Assembly (NCBI GenBank): GCA_964016885.1
Contig: OZ024740.1
Location: 108,748,001-108,812,000, forward strand
Direction of reading: 5' to 3'
Origin: Eledone cirrhosa
Lineage: Eukaryota
DNA: 64,000 nucleotides
Each line of letters starts with the position of its first letter. Position 1 is the stretch's first letter. Positions 24,253 to 37,800 of this stretch are shown one piece after another. A program made the translations under genes and the position numbers. The notes under the pieces were generated by a model. The model made no database searches and was not told where the DNA came from. It saw only the letters and a list, made by a program, of their open reading frames with translations.

Positions 24253-27200
24253 CATTAGAAATATAGTAATGAAAGGGTTGATGACATAGGCAGTGTCATC
24301 ATTAGAAATATAGTAATGAAAGGGTTGATGACATAGGCAGTGTCTTTCATTAGAAATATAGTAAGGAAAGGGTTGATGACATAAGCAGTGTCTTTCATTA
24401 GAAATATAGTAATGAAAGGGTTGATGACATAGGCAATATCATCATTAGAAATATAGTAATGAAAGGGTTGATGACATAGGCAGTGTCTTTCATTAGAAAT
24501 ATAGTAATGAAAGAGTTGATGACATAGGCTGTGTCTTTCATTAGAAATATTGTAATGAAAGGGTTGATGACATAGGCAGTGTCTTTCATTAGAAATATAG
24601 TAATGAAAGGGTTGATGACATAGGCAGTGTCTTTCATTAGAAATATTGTAATGAATGGATTAATGACATAGGCAGTGTCATCATTAGAAATATTGTAATG
24701 AAAGGGTTGATGACATAGGCAGTGTCTTTCATTAGAAATGAGGTAAGTAAAGGGTTGATGACATAGGCAGTGTCTTTCATTAGAAATATTGTAATGAATG
24801 GATTAATGACATAGGCAGTGTCTTTCATTAGAAATATAGTAATGAAAGGGTTGATGACATAGGCAGTGTCTTTCGTTAGAAATATAGTAATGAAAGGGTT
24901 GATGACATAGGCAGTGTCTTTCATTAGAAATATTGTAATGAAAGGGTTGATGACATAGGCAGTCTATTTCATTAGAAATATAGTAATGAAAGGGTTGATG
25001 ACATAGGCAGTGTCTTTCTTTAGAAATATAGTAATGAAAGGGTTGATGACATAGGCAGTGTCTTTCATTAGAAATATAGTAATGAAAGGGTTGATGACAT
25101 AGGCAGTGTCTTTCATTAGAAATATAGTTATGAAAGGGTTGATGACATAAGCAGTGTCTTTCATTAGAAATATAGTAATGAAAGGGTTGATGACATAGGC
25201 AATATCATCTTTAGAAATATAGTAATGAAAGGGTTGATGACATAGGCAGTGTCTTTCATTAGAAACATTGTAATGAAAGGGTTGATGACATAGGCAGTCT
25301 ATTTCATTAGAAATATAGTAATGAAAGAGTTGATGACATAGGCTGTGTCTTTCATTAGAAATATTGTAATGAAAGGGTTGATGACATAGGCAGTGTCTTT
25401 CATTAGAAATATTGTAATGAAAGGGTTGATGACATAGGCAGTGTCTTTCATTAGAAATATAGTAATGAAAGGGTTGATGACATAGGCAGTGTCATCATTA
25501 GAAATATAGTAATGAAAGGGTTGATGACATAGGCAGTGTCTTTCATTAGAAATATAGTAATGAAAGGGTTGATGACATAAGCAGTGTCTTTCATTAGAAA
25601 TATAGTAATGAAAGGGTTGATGACATAGGCAATATCATCATTAGAAATATAGTAATGAAAGGGTTGATGACATAGGCAGTGTCTTTCATTAGAAATATAG
25701 TAATGAAAGAGTTGATGACATAGGCTGTGTCTTTCATTAGAAATATTGTAATGAAAGGGTTGATGACATAGGCAGTGTCTTTCATTAGAAATATAGTAAT
25801 GAAAGGGTTGATGACATAGGCACTGTCTTTCATTAGAAATATTGTAATGAATGGATTAATGACATAAGCAGTGTCATCATTAGAAATATTGTAATGAAAG
25901 GGTTGATGACATAGGCAGTGTCTTTCATTAGAAATGAGGTAAGTAAAGGGTTGATGACATAGGCAGTGTCTTTCATTAGAAATATTGTAATGAATGGATT
26001 AATGACATAGGCAGTGTCTTTCATTAGAAATATAGTAATGAAAGGGTTGATGACATAGGCAGTGTCTTTCATTAGAAATATAGTAATGAAAGGGTTGATG
26101 ACATAGGCAGTGTCTTTCATTAGAAATATTGTAATGAAAGGGTTGATGACATAGGCAGTCTATTTCATTAGAAATATAGTAATGAAAGGGTTGATGACAT
26201 AAGCAGTGTCTTTCATTAGAAATATAGTAATGAAAGGGTTGATGACATAGGCAATATCATCATTAGAAATATAGTAATGAAAGGGTTGATGACATAGGCA
26301 GTGTCTTTCATTAGAAATATAGTAATGAAAGAGTTGATGACATAGGCTGTGTCTTTCATTAGAAATATTGTAATGAAAGGGTTGATGACATAGGCAGTGT
26401 CTTTCATTAGAAATATAGTAATGAAAGGGTTGATGACATAGGCAGTGTCTTTCATTAGAAATATTGTAATGAATGGATTAATGACATAGGCAGTGTCATC
26501 ATTAGAAATATTGTAATGAAAGGGTTGATGACATAGGCAGTGTCTTTCATTAGAAATGAGGTAAGTAAAGGGTTGATGACATAGGCAGTGTCTTTCATTA
26601 GAAATATTGTAATGAATGGATTAATGACATAGGCAGTGTCTTTCATTAGAAATATAGTAATGAAAGGGTTGATGACATAGGCAGTGTCTTTCATTAGAAA
26701 TATAGTAATGAAAGGGTTGATGACATAGGCAGTGTCTTTCATTAGAAATATTGTAATGAAAGGGTTGATGACATAGGCAGTCTATTTCATTAGAAATATA
26801 GTAATGAAAGGGTTGATGACATAGGCAGTGTCTTTCTTTAGAAATATAGTAATGAAAGGGTTGATGACATAGGCAGTGTCTTTCATTAGAAATATAGTAA
26901 TGAAAGGGTTGATGACATAGGCAGTGTCTTTCATTAGAAATATAGTAATGAAAGAGTTGATGACATAGGCTGTGTCTTTCATTAGAAATATTGTAATGAA
27001 AGTGTTGATGACATAGGCAGTGTCTTTCATTAGAAATATAGTAATGAAAGAGTTGATGACATAGGCAGTGTCTTTCATTAGAAATATAGTAATGAAAGGG
27101 TTGATGACATAGGCAGTGTCATCATTAGAAATATAGTAATGAAAGGGTTGATGACATAGGCTGTGTCTTTCATTAGAAATATAGTAATGAAAGGGTTGAT

Positions 27201-30200
27201 GACATAAGCAGTGTCTTTCATTAGAAATATAGTAATGAAAGGGTTGATGACATAGGCAATATCATCATTAGAAATATAGTAATGAAAGGGTTGATGACAT
27301 AGGCAGTGTCTTTCATTAGAAATATAGTAATGAAAGAGTTGATGACATAGGCTGTGTCTTTCATTAGAAATATTGTAATGAAAGGGTTGATGACATAGGC
27401 AGTGTCTTTCATTAGAAATATTGTAATGAATGGATTAATGACATAGGCAGTGTCATCATTAGAAATATTGTAATGAAAGGGTTGATGACATAGGCAGTGT
27501 CTTTCATTAGAAATGAGGTAAGTAAAGGGTTGATGACATAGTCAGTGTCTTTCATTAGAAATATTGTAATGAATGGATTAATGACATAGGCAGTGTCTTT
27601 CATTAGAAATATAGTAATGAAAGGGTTGATGACATAGGCAGTGTCTTTCATTAGAAATATAGTAATGAAAGGGTTGATGACATAGGCAGTGTCTTTCATT
27701 AGAAATATTGTAATGAAAGGGTTGATGACATAGGCAGTCTATTTCATTAGAAATATAGTAATGAAAGGGTTGATGACATAGGCAGTGTCTTTCTTTAGAA
27801 ATATAGTAATGAAAGGGTTGATGACATAGGCAGTGTCTTTCATTAGAAATATAGTAATGAAAGGGTTGATGACATAGGCAGTGTCTTTCATTAGAAATAT
27901 AGTAATGAAAGGGTTGATGACATAAGCAGTGTCTTTCATTAGAAATATAGTAATGAAAGGGTTGATGACATAGGCAATATCATCATTAGAAATATAGTAA
28001 TGAAAGGGTTGATGACATAGGCAGTGTCTTTCATTAGAAATATAGTAATGAAAGAGTTGATGACATAGGCTGTGTCTTTCATTAGAAATATTGTAATGAA
28101 AGGGTTGATGACATAGGCAGTGTCTTTCATTAGAAATATTGTAATGAAAGGGTTGATGACATAGGCAGTGTCTTTCATTAGAAATATAGTAATGAAAGGG
28201 TTGATGACATAGGCAGTGTCATCATTAGAAATATAGTAATGAAAGGGTTGATGACATAGGCAGTGTCTTTCATTAGAAATATAGTAATGAAAGGGTTGAT
28301 GACATAAGCAGTGTCTTTCATTAGAAATATAGTAATGAAAGGGTTGATGACATAGGCAGTGTCTTTCATTAGAAATATAGTAATGAAAGGGTTGATGACA
28401 TAGGCAGTGTCTTTCATTAGAAATATAGTAATGAAAGAGTTGATGACATAGGCAGTGTCTTTCATTAGAAATATAGTAATGAAAGGGTTGATGACATAAG
28501 CAGTGTCTTTCATTAGAAATATAGTAATGAAAGGGTTGATGACATAGGCAATATCATCTTTAGAAATATAGTAATGAAAGGGTTGATGACATAGGCAGTG
28601 TCTTTCATTAGAAATATAGTAATGAAAGAGTTGATGACATAGGCTGTGTCTTTCATTAGAAATATTGTAATGAAAGGGTTGATGACATAGGCAGTGTCTT
28701 TCATTAGAAATATTGTAATGAAAGGGTTGATGACATAGGCAGTGTCTTTCATTAGAAATATAGTAATGAAAGGGTTGATGACATAGGCAGTGTCATCATT
28801 AGAAATATAGTAATGAAAGGGTTGATGACATAGGCAGTGTCTTTCATTAGAAATATAGTAATGAAAGGGTTGATGACATAAGCAGTGTCTTTCATTAGAA
28901 ATATAGTAATGAAAGGGTTGATGACATAGGCAATATCATCATTAGAAATATAGTAATGAAAGGGTTGATGACATAGGCAGTGTCTTTCATTAGAAATATA
29001 GTAATGAAAGAGTTGATGACATAGGCTGTGTCTTTCATTAGAAATATTGTAATGAAAGGGTTGATGACATAGGCAGTGTCTTTCATTAGAAATATAGTAA
29101 TGAAAGGGTTGATGACATAGGCAGTGTCTTTCATTAGAAATATTGTAATGAATGGATTAATGACATAGGCAGTGTCATCATTAGAAATATTGTAATGAAA
29201 GGGTTGATGACATAGGCAGTGTCTTTCATTAGAAATGAGGTAAGTAAAGGGTTGATGACATAGGCAGTGTCTTTCATTAGAAATATTGTAATGAATGGAT
29301 TAATGACATAGGCAGTGTCTTTCATTAGAAATATAGTAATGAAAGGGTTGATGACATAGGCAGTGTCTTTCATTAGAAATATAGTAATGAAAGGGTTGAT
29401 GACATAGGCAGTGTCTTTCATTAGAAATATTGTAATGAAAGGGTTGATGACATAGGCAGTCTATTTCATTAGAAATATAGTAATGAAAGGGTTGATGACA
29501 TAAGCAGTGTCTTTCATTAGAAATATAGTAATGAAAGGGTTGATGACATAGGCAATATCATCATTAGAAATATAGTAATGAAAGGGTTGATGACATAGGC
29601 AGTGTCTTTCATTAGAAATATAGTAATGAAAGAGTTGATGACATAGGCTGTGTCTTTCATTAGAAATATTGTAATGAAAGGGTTGATGACATAGGCAGTG
29701 TCTTTCATTAGAAATATAGTAATGAAAGGGTTGATGACATAGGCAGTGTCTTTCATTAGAAATATTGTAATGAATGGATTAATGACATAGGCAGTGTCAT
29801 CATTAGAAATATTGTAATGAAAGGGTTGATGACATAGGCAGTGTCTTTCATTAGAAATGAGGTAAGTAAAGGGTTGATGACATAGGCAGTGTCTTTCATT
29901 AGAAATATTGTAATGAATGGATTAATGACATAGGCAGTGTCTTTCATTAGAAATATAGTAATGAAAGGGTTGATGACATAGGCAGTGTCTTTCATTAGAA
30001 ATATAGTAATGAAAGGGTTGATGACATAGGCAGTGTCTTTCATTAGAAATATTGTAATGAAAGGGTTGATGACATAGGCAGTCTATTTCATTAGAAATAT
30101 AGTAATGAAAGGGTTGATGACATAGGCAGTGTCTTTCTTTAGAAATATAGTAATGAAAGGGTTGATGACATAGGCAGTGTCTTTCATTAGAAATATAGTA

Positions 30201-30519
30201 ATGAAAGGGTTGATGACATAGGCAGTGTCTTTCATTAGAAATATAGTAATGAAAGAGTTGATGACATAGGCTGTGTCTTTCATTAGAAATATTGTAATGA
30301 AAGGGTTGATGACATAGGCAGTGTCTTTCATTAGAAATATAGTAATGAAAGAGTTGATGACATAGGCAGTGTCTTTCATTAGAAATATAGTAATGAAAGG
30401 GTTGATGACATAGGCAGTGTCATCATTAGAAATATAGTAATGAAAGGGTTGATGACATAGGCAGTGTCTTTCATTAGAAATATAGTAATGAAAGGGTTGA
30501 TGACATAAGCAGTGTCTTT

Positions 30520-33500
30520 CATTAGAAATATAGTAATGAAAGGGTTGATGACATAGGCAATATCATCATTAGAAATATAGTAATGAAAGGGTTGATGACA
30601 TAGGCAGTGTCTTTCATTAGAAATATAGTAATGAAAGAGTTGATGACATAGGCTGTGTCTTTCATTAGAAATATTGTAATGAAAGGGTTGATGACATAGG
30701 CAGTGTCTTTCATTAGAAATATAGTAATGAAAGGGTTGATGACATAGGCAGTGTCTTTCATTAGAAATATTGTAATGAAAGGGTTGATGACATAGGCAGT
30801 GTCTTTCATTAGAAATATAGTAATGAAAGGGTTGATAACATAGGCAGTGTCTTTCATTAGAAATATAGTAATGAAAGAGTTGATGACATAGGCTGTGTTT
30901 TTCATTAGAAATATTGTAATGAATGGATTAATGACATAGGCAGTGTCATCATTAGAAATATTGTAATGAAAGGGTTGATGACATAGGCAGTGTCTTTCAT
31001 TAGAAATGAGGTAAGTAAAGGGTTGATGACATAGGCAGTGTCTTTCATTAGAAATATTGTAATGAATGGATTAATGACATAGGCAGTGTCTTTCATTAGA
31101 AATATAGTAATGAAAGGGTTGATGACATAGGCAGTGTCTTTCATTAGAAATATAGTAATGAAAGGGTTGATGACATAGGCAGTGTCTTTCATTAGAAATA
31201 TAGTAATGAAAGGGTTGATGACATAGGCAGTGTCTTTCATTAGAAATATAGTAATGAAAGAGTTGATGACATAGGCTGTGTCTTTCATTAGAAATATTGT
31301 AATGAAAGGGTTGATGACATAGGCAGTGTCTTTCATTAGAAATATAGTAATGAAAGAGTTGATGACATAGGCAGTGTCTTTCATTAGAAATATAGTAATG
31401 AAAGGGTTGATGACATAAGCAGTGTCTTTCATTAGAAATATAGTAATGAAAGGGTTGATGACATAGGCAATATCATCATTAGAAATATAGTAATGAAAGG
31501 GTTGATGACATAGGCAGTGTCTTTCATTAGAAATATAGTAATGAAAGAGTTGATGACATAGGCTGTGTCTTTCATTAGAAATATTGTAATGAAAGGGTTG
31601 ATGACATAGGCAGTGTCTTTCATTAGAAATATAGTAATGAAAGGGTTGATGACATAGGCAGTGTCTTTCATTAGAAATATTGTAATGAATGGATTAATGA
31701 CATAGGCAGTGTCATCATTAGAAATATTGTAATGAAAGGGTTGATGACATAGGCAGTGTCTTTCATTAGAAATGAGGTAAGTAAAGGGTTGATGACATAG
31801 TCAGTGTCTTTCATTAGAAATATTGTAATGAATGGATTAATGACATAGGCAGTGTCTTTCATTAGAAATATAGTAATGAAAGGGTTGATGACATAGGCAG
31901 TGTCTTTCATTAGAAATATAGTAATGAAAGGGTTGATGACATAGGCAGTGTCTTTCATTAGAAATATTGTAATGAAAGGGTTGATGACATAGGCAGTCTA
32001 TTTCATTAGAAATATAGTAATGAAAGGGTTGATGACATAGGCAGTGTCTTTCTTTAGAAATATAGTAATGAAAGGGTTGATGACATAGGCAGTGTCTTTC
32101 ATTAGAAATATAGTAATGAAAGGGTTGATGACATAGGCAGTGTCTTTCATTAGAAATATAGTAATGAAAGGGTTGATGACATAAGCAGTGTCTTTCATTA
32201 GAAATATAGTAATGAAAGGGTTGATGACATAGGCAATATCATCATTAGAAATATAGTAATGAAAGGGTTGATGACATAGGCAGTGTCTTTCATTAGAAAT
32301 ATTGTAATGAAAGGGTTGATGACATAGGCAGTGTCTTTCATTAGAAATATTGTAATGAAAGGGTTGATGACATAGGCAGTGTCTTTCATTAGAAATATAG
32401 TAATGAAAGGTTTGATGACATAGGCAGTGTCATCATTAGAAATATAGTAATGAAAGGGTTGATGACATAGGCAGTGTCTTTCATTAGAAATATAGTAATG
32501 AAAGGGTTGATGACATAAGCAGTGTCTTTCATTAGAAATATAGTAATGAAAGGGTTGATGACATAGGCAATATCATCATTAGAAATATAGTAATGAAAGG
32601 GTTGATGACATAGGCAGTGTCTTTCATTAGAAATATAGTAATGAAAGAGTTGATGACATAGGCAGTGTCTTTCATTAGAAATATAGTAATGAAAGGGTTG
32701 ATGACATAAGCAGTGTCTTTCATTAGAAATATAGTAATGAAAGGGTTGATGACATAGGCAATATCATCTTTAGAAATATAGTAATGAAAGGGTTGATGAC
32801 ATAGGCAGTGTCTTTCATTAGAAATATAGTAATGAAAGAGTTGATGACATAGGCTGTGTCTTTCATTAGAAATATTGTAATGAAAGGGTTGATGACATAG
32901 GCAGTGTCTTTCATTAGAAATATTGTAATGAAAGGGTTGATGACATAGGCAGTGTCTTTCATTAGAAATATAGTAATGAAAGGGTTGATGACATAGGCAG
33001 TGTCATCATTAGAAATATAGTAATGAAAGGGTTGATGACATAGGCAGTGTCTTTCATTAGAAATATAGTAATGAAAGGGTTGATGACATAAGCAGTGTCT
33101 TTCATTAGAAATATAGTAATGAAAGGGTTGATGACATAGGCAATATCATCATTAGAAATATAGTAATGAAAGGGTTGATGACATAGGCAGTGTCTTTCAT
33201 TAGAAATATAGTAATGAAAGAGTTGATGACATAGGCTGTGTCTTTCATTAGAAATATTGTAATGAAAGGGTTGATGACATAGGCAGTGTCTTTCATTAGA
33301 AATATAGTAATGAAAGGGTTGATGACATAGGCAGTGTCTTTCATTAGAAATATTGTAATGAATGGATTAATGACATAGGCAGTGTCATCATTAGAAATAT
33401 TGTAATGAAAGGGTTGATGACATAGGCAGTGTCTTTCATTAGAAATGAGGTAAGTAAAGGGTTGATGACATAGGCAGTGTCTTTCATTAGAAATATTGTA

Positions 33501-34800
33501 ATGAATGGATTAATGACATAGGCAGTGTCTTTCATTAGAAATATAGTAATGAAAGGGTTGATGACATAGGCAGTGTCTTTCATTAGAAATATAGTAATGA
33601 AAGGGTTGATGACATAGGCAGTGTCTTTCATTAGAAATATTGTAATGAAAGGGTTGATGACATAGGCAGTCTATTTCATTAGAAATATAGTAATGAAAGG
33701 GTTGATGACATAGGCAGTGTCTTTCTTTAGAAATATAGTAATGAAAGGGTTGATGACATAGGCAGTGTCTTTCATTAGAAATATAGTAATGAAAGGGTTG
33801 ATGACATAGGCAGTGTCTTTCATTAGAAATATAGTAATGAAAGAGTTGATGACATAGGCTGTGTCTTTCATTAGAAATATTGTAATGAAAGGGTTGATGA
33901 CATAGGCAGTGTCTTTCATTAGAAATATAGTAATGAAAGAGTTGATGACATAGGCAGTGTCTTTCATTAGAAATATAGTAATGAAAGGGTTGATGACATA
34001 GGCAGTGTCATCATTAGAAATATAGTAATGAAAGGGTTGATGACATAGGCAGTGTCTTTCATTAGAAATATAGTAATGAAAGGGTTGATGACATAAGCAG
34101 TGTCTTTCATTAGAAATATAGTAATGAAAGGGTTGATGACATAGGCAATATCATCATTAGAAATATAGTAATGAAAGGGTTGATGACATAGGCAGTGTCT
34201 TTCATTAGAAATATAGTAATGAAAGAGTTGATGACATAGGCTGTGTCTTTCATTAGAAATATTGTAATGAAAGGGTTGATGACATAGGCAGTGTCTTTCA
34301 TTAGAAATATAGTAATGAAAGGGTTGATGACATAGGCAGTGTCTTTCATTAGAAATATTGTAATGAATGGATTAATGACATAGGCAGTGTCATCATTAGA
34401 AATATTGTAATGAAAGGGTTGATGACATAGGCAGTGTCTTTCATTAGAAATGAGGTAAGTAAAGGGTTGATGACATAGTCAGTGTCTTTCATTAGAAATA
34501 TTGTAATGAATGGATTAATGACATAGGCAGTGTCTTTCATTAGAAATATAGTAATGAAAGGGTTGATGACATAGGCAGTGTCTTTCATTAGAAATATAGT
34601 AATGAAAGGGTTGATGACATAGGCAGTGTCTTTCATTAGAAATATTGTAATGAAAGGGTTGATGACATAGGCAGTCTATTTCATTAGAAATATAGTAATG
34701 AAAGGGTTGATGACATAGGCAGTGTCTTTCTTTAGAAATATAGTAATGAAAGGGTTGATGACATAGGCAGTGTCTTTCATTAGAAATATAGTAATGAAAG
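30520..34800. repeat. ~4.3 kb intra-array duplication (partner ~42678-46960, offset 12,158)
   Basis: Thirteen consecutive ORF-pattern matches at constant offset, from 30522/42680 to 34349/46507. Boundaries are approximate. Confidence 0.85.
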
Positions 34801-37800
34801 GGTTGATGACATAGGCAGTCTATTTCATTAGAAATATAGTAATGAAAGGGTTGATGACATAGGCAGTGTCTTTCTTTAGAAATATAGTAATGAAAGGGTT
34901 GATGACATAGGCAGTGTCTTTCATTAGAAATATAGTAATGAAAGGGTTGATGACATAGGCAGTGTCTTTCATTAGAAATATAGTAATGAAAGAGTTGATG
35001 ACATAGGCTGTGTCTTTCATTAGAAATATTGTAATGAAAGGGTTGATGACATAGGCAGTGTCTTTCATTAGAAATATAGTAATGAAAGAGTTGATGACAT
35101 AGGCAGTGTCTTTCATTAGAAATATAGTAATGAAAGGGTTGATGACATAGGCAGTGTCATCATTAGAAATATAGTAATGAAAGGGTTGATGACATAGGCA
35201 GTGTCTTTCATTAGAAATATAGTAATGAAAGGGTTGATGACATAGGCAGTGTCTTTCTTTAGAAATATAGTAATGAAAGGGTTGATGACATAGGCAGTGT
35301 CTTTCATTAGAAATATAGTAATGAAAGGGTTGATGACATAGGCAGTGTCTTTCATTAGAAATATAGTAATGAAAGAGTTGATGACATAGGCTGTGTCTTT
35401 CATTAGAAATATTGTAATGAAAGGGTTGATGACATAGGCAGTGTCTTTCATTAGAAATATAGTAATGAAAGAGTTGATGACATAGGCAGTGTCTTTCATT
35501 AGAAATATAGTAATGAAAGGGTTGATGACATAGGCAGTGTCATCATTAGAAATATAGTAATGAAAGGGTTGATGACATAGGCAGTGTCTTTCATTAGAAA
35601 TATAGTAATGAAAGGGTTGATGACATAAGCAGTGTCTTTCATTAGAAATATAGTAATGAAAGGGTTGATGACATAGGCAATATCATCATTAGAAATATAG
35701 TAATGAAAGGGTTGATGACATAGGCAGTGTCTTTCATTAGAAATATAGTAATGAAAGAGTTGATGACATAGGCTGTGTCTTTCATTAGAAATATTGTAAT
35801 GAAAGGGTTGATGACATAGGCAGTGTCTTTCATTAGAAATATAGTAATGAAAGGGTTGATGACATAGGCAGTGTCTTTCATTAGAAATATTGTAATGAAT
35901 GGATTAATGACATAGGCAGTGTCATCATTAGAAATATTGTAATGAAAGGGTTGATGACATAGGCAGTGTCTTTCATTAGAAATGAGGTAAGTAAAGGGTT
36001 GATGACATAGTCAGTGTCTTTCATTAGAAATATTGTAATGAATGGATTAATGACATAGGCAGTGTCTTTCATTAGAAATATAGTAATGAAAGGGTTGATG
36101 ACATAGGCAGTGTCTTTCATTAGAAATATAGTAATGAAAGGGTTGATGACATAGGCAGTGTCTTTCATTAGAAATATTGTAATGAAAGGGTTGATGACAT
36201 AGGCAGTCTATTTCATTAGAAATATAGTAATGAAAGGGTTGATGACATAGGCAGTGTCTTTCTTTAGAAATATAGTAATGAAAGGGTTGATGACATAGGC
36301 AGTGTCTTTCATTAGAAATATAGTAATGAAAGGGTTGATGACATAGGCAGTCTATTTCATTAGAAATATAGTAATGAAAGGGTTGATGACATAGGCAGTG
36401 TCTTTCTTTAGAAATATAGTAATGAAAGGGTTGATGACATAGGCAGTGTCTTTCATTAGAAATATAGTAATGAAAGGGTTGATGACATAGGCAGTGTCTT
36501 TCATTAGAAATATAGTAATGAAAGAGTTGATGACATAGGCTGTGTCTTTCATTAGAAATATTGTAATGAAAGGGTTGATGACATAGGCAGTGTCTTTCAT
36601 TAGAAATATAGTAATGAAAGAGTTGATGACATAGGCAGTGTCTTTCATTAGAAATATAGTAATGAAAGGGTTGATGACATAGGCAGTGTCATCATTAGAA
36701 ATATAGTAATGAAAGGGTTGATGACATAGGCAGTGTCTTTCATTAGAAATATAGTAATGAAAGGGTTGATGACATAAGCAGTGTCTTTCATTAGAAATAT
36801 AGTAATGAAAGGGTTGATGACATAGGCAATATCATCATTAGAAATATAGTAATGAAAGGGTTGATGACATAGGCAGTGTCTTTCATTAGAAATATAGTAA
36901 TGAAAGAGTTGATGACATAGGCTGTGTCTTTCATTAGAAATATTGTAATGAAAGGGTTGATGACATAGGCAGTGTCTTTCATTAGAAATATAGTAATGAA
37001 AGGGTTGATGACATAGGCAGTGTCTTTCATTAGAAATATTGTAATGAAAGGGTTGATGACATAGGCAGTGTCTTTCATTAGAAATATAGTAATGAAAGGG
37101 TTGATGACATAGGCAGTGTCTTTCATTAGAAATATAGTAATGAAAGAGTTGATGACATAGGCTGTGTCTTTCATTAGAAATATTGTAATGAATGGATTAA
37201 TGACATAGGCAGTGTCATCATTAGAAATATTGTAATGAAAGGGTTGATGACATAGGCAGTGTCTTTCATTAGAAATGAGGTAAGTAAAGGGTTGATGACA
37301 TAGGCAGTGTCTTTCATTAGAAATATTGTAATGAATGGATTAATGACATAGGCAGTGTCTTTCATTAGAAATATAGTAATGAAAGGGTTGATGACATAGG
37401 CAGTGTCTTTCATTAGAAATATAGTAATGAAAGGGTTGATGACATAGGCAGTGTCTTTCATTAGAAATATAGTAATGAAAGGGTTGATGACATAGGCAGT
37501 GTCTTTCATTAGAAATATAGTAATGAAAGAGTTGATGACATAGGCTGTGTCTTTCATTAGAAATATTGTAATGAAAGGGTTGATGACATAGGCAGTGTCT
37601 TTCATTAGAAATATAGTAATGAAAGAGTTGATGACATAGGCAGTGTCTTTCATTAGAAATATAGTAATGAAAGGGTTGATGACATAAGCAGTGTCTTTCA
37701 TTAGAAATATAGTAATGAAAGGGTTGATGACATAGGCAGTGTCTTTCATTAGAAATATAGTAATGAAAGGGTTGATGACATAGGCAGTGTCTTTCATTAG

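Noticed and set aside
3976-24255. His/Cys-rich ORFs (ERHCLCHQPFHYYISN)n as zinc-finger or metal-binding proteins
   Set aside because: This is the second open frame of the same monomer, entered only through the 35- or 46-bp length variants. The spacing does not match a zinc-finger motif I recognise.
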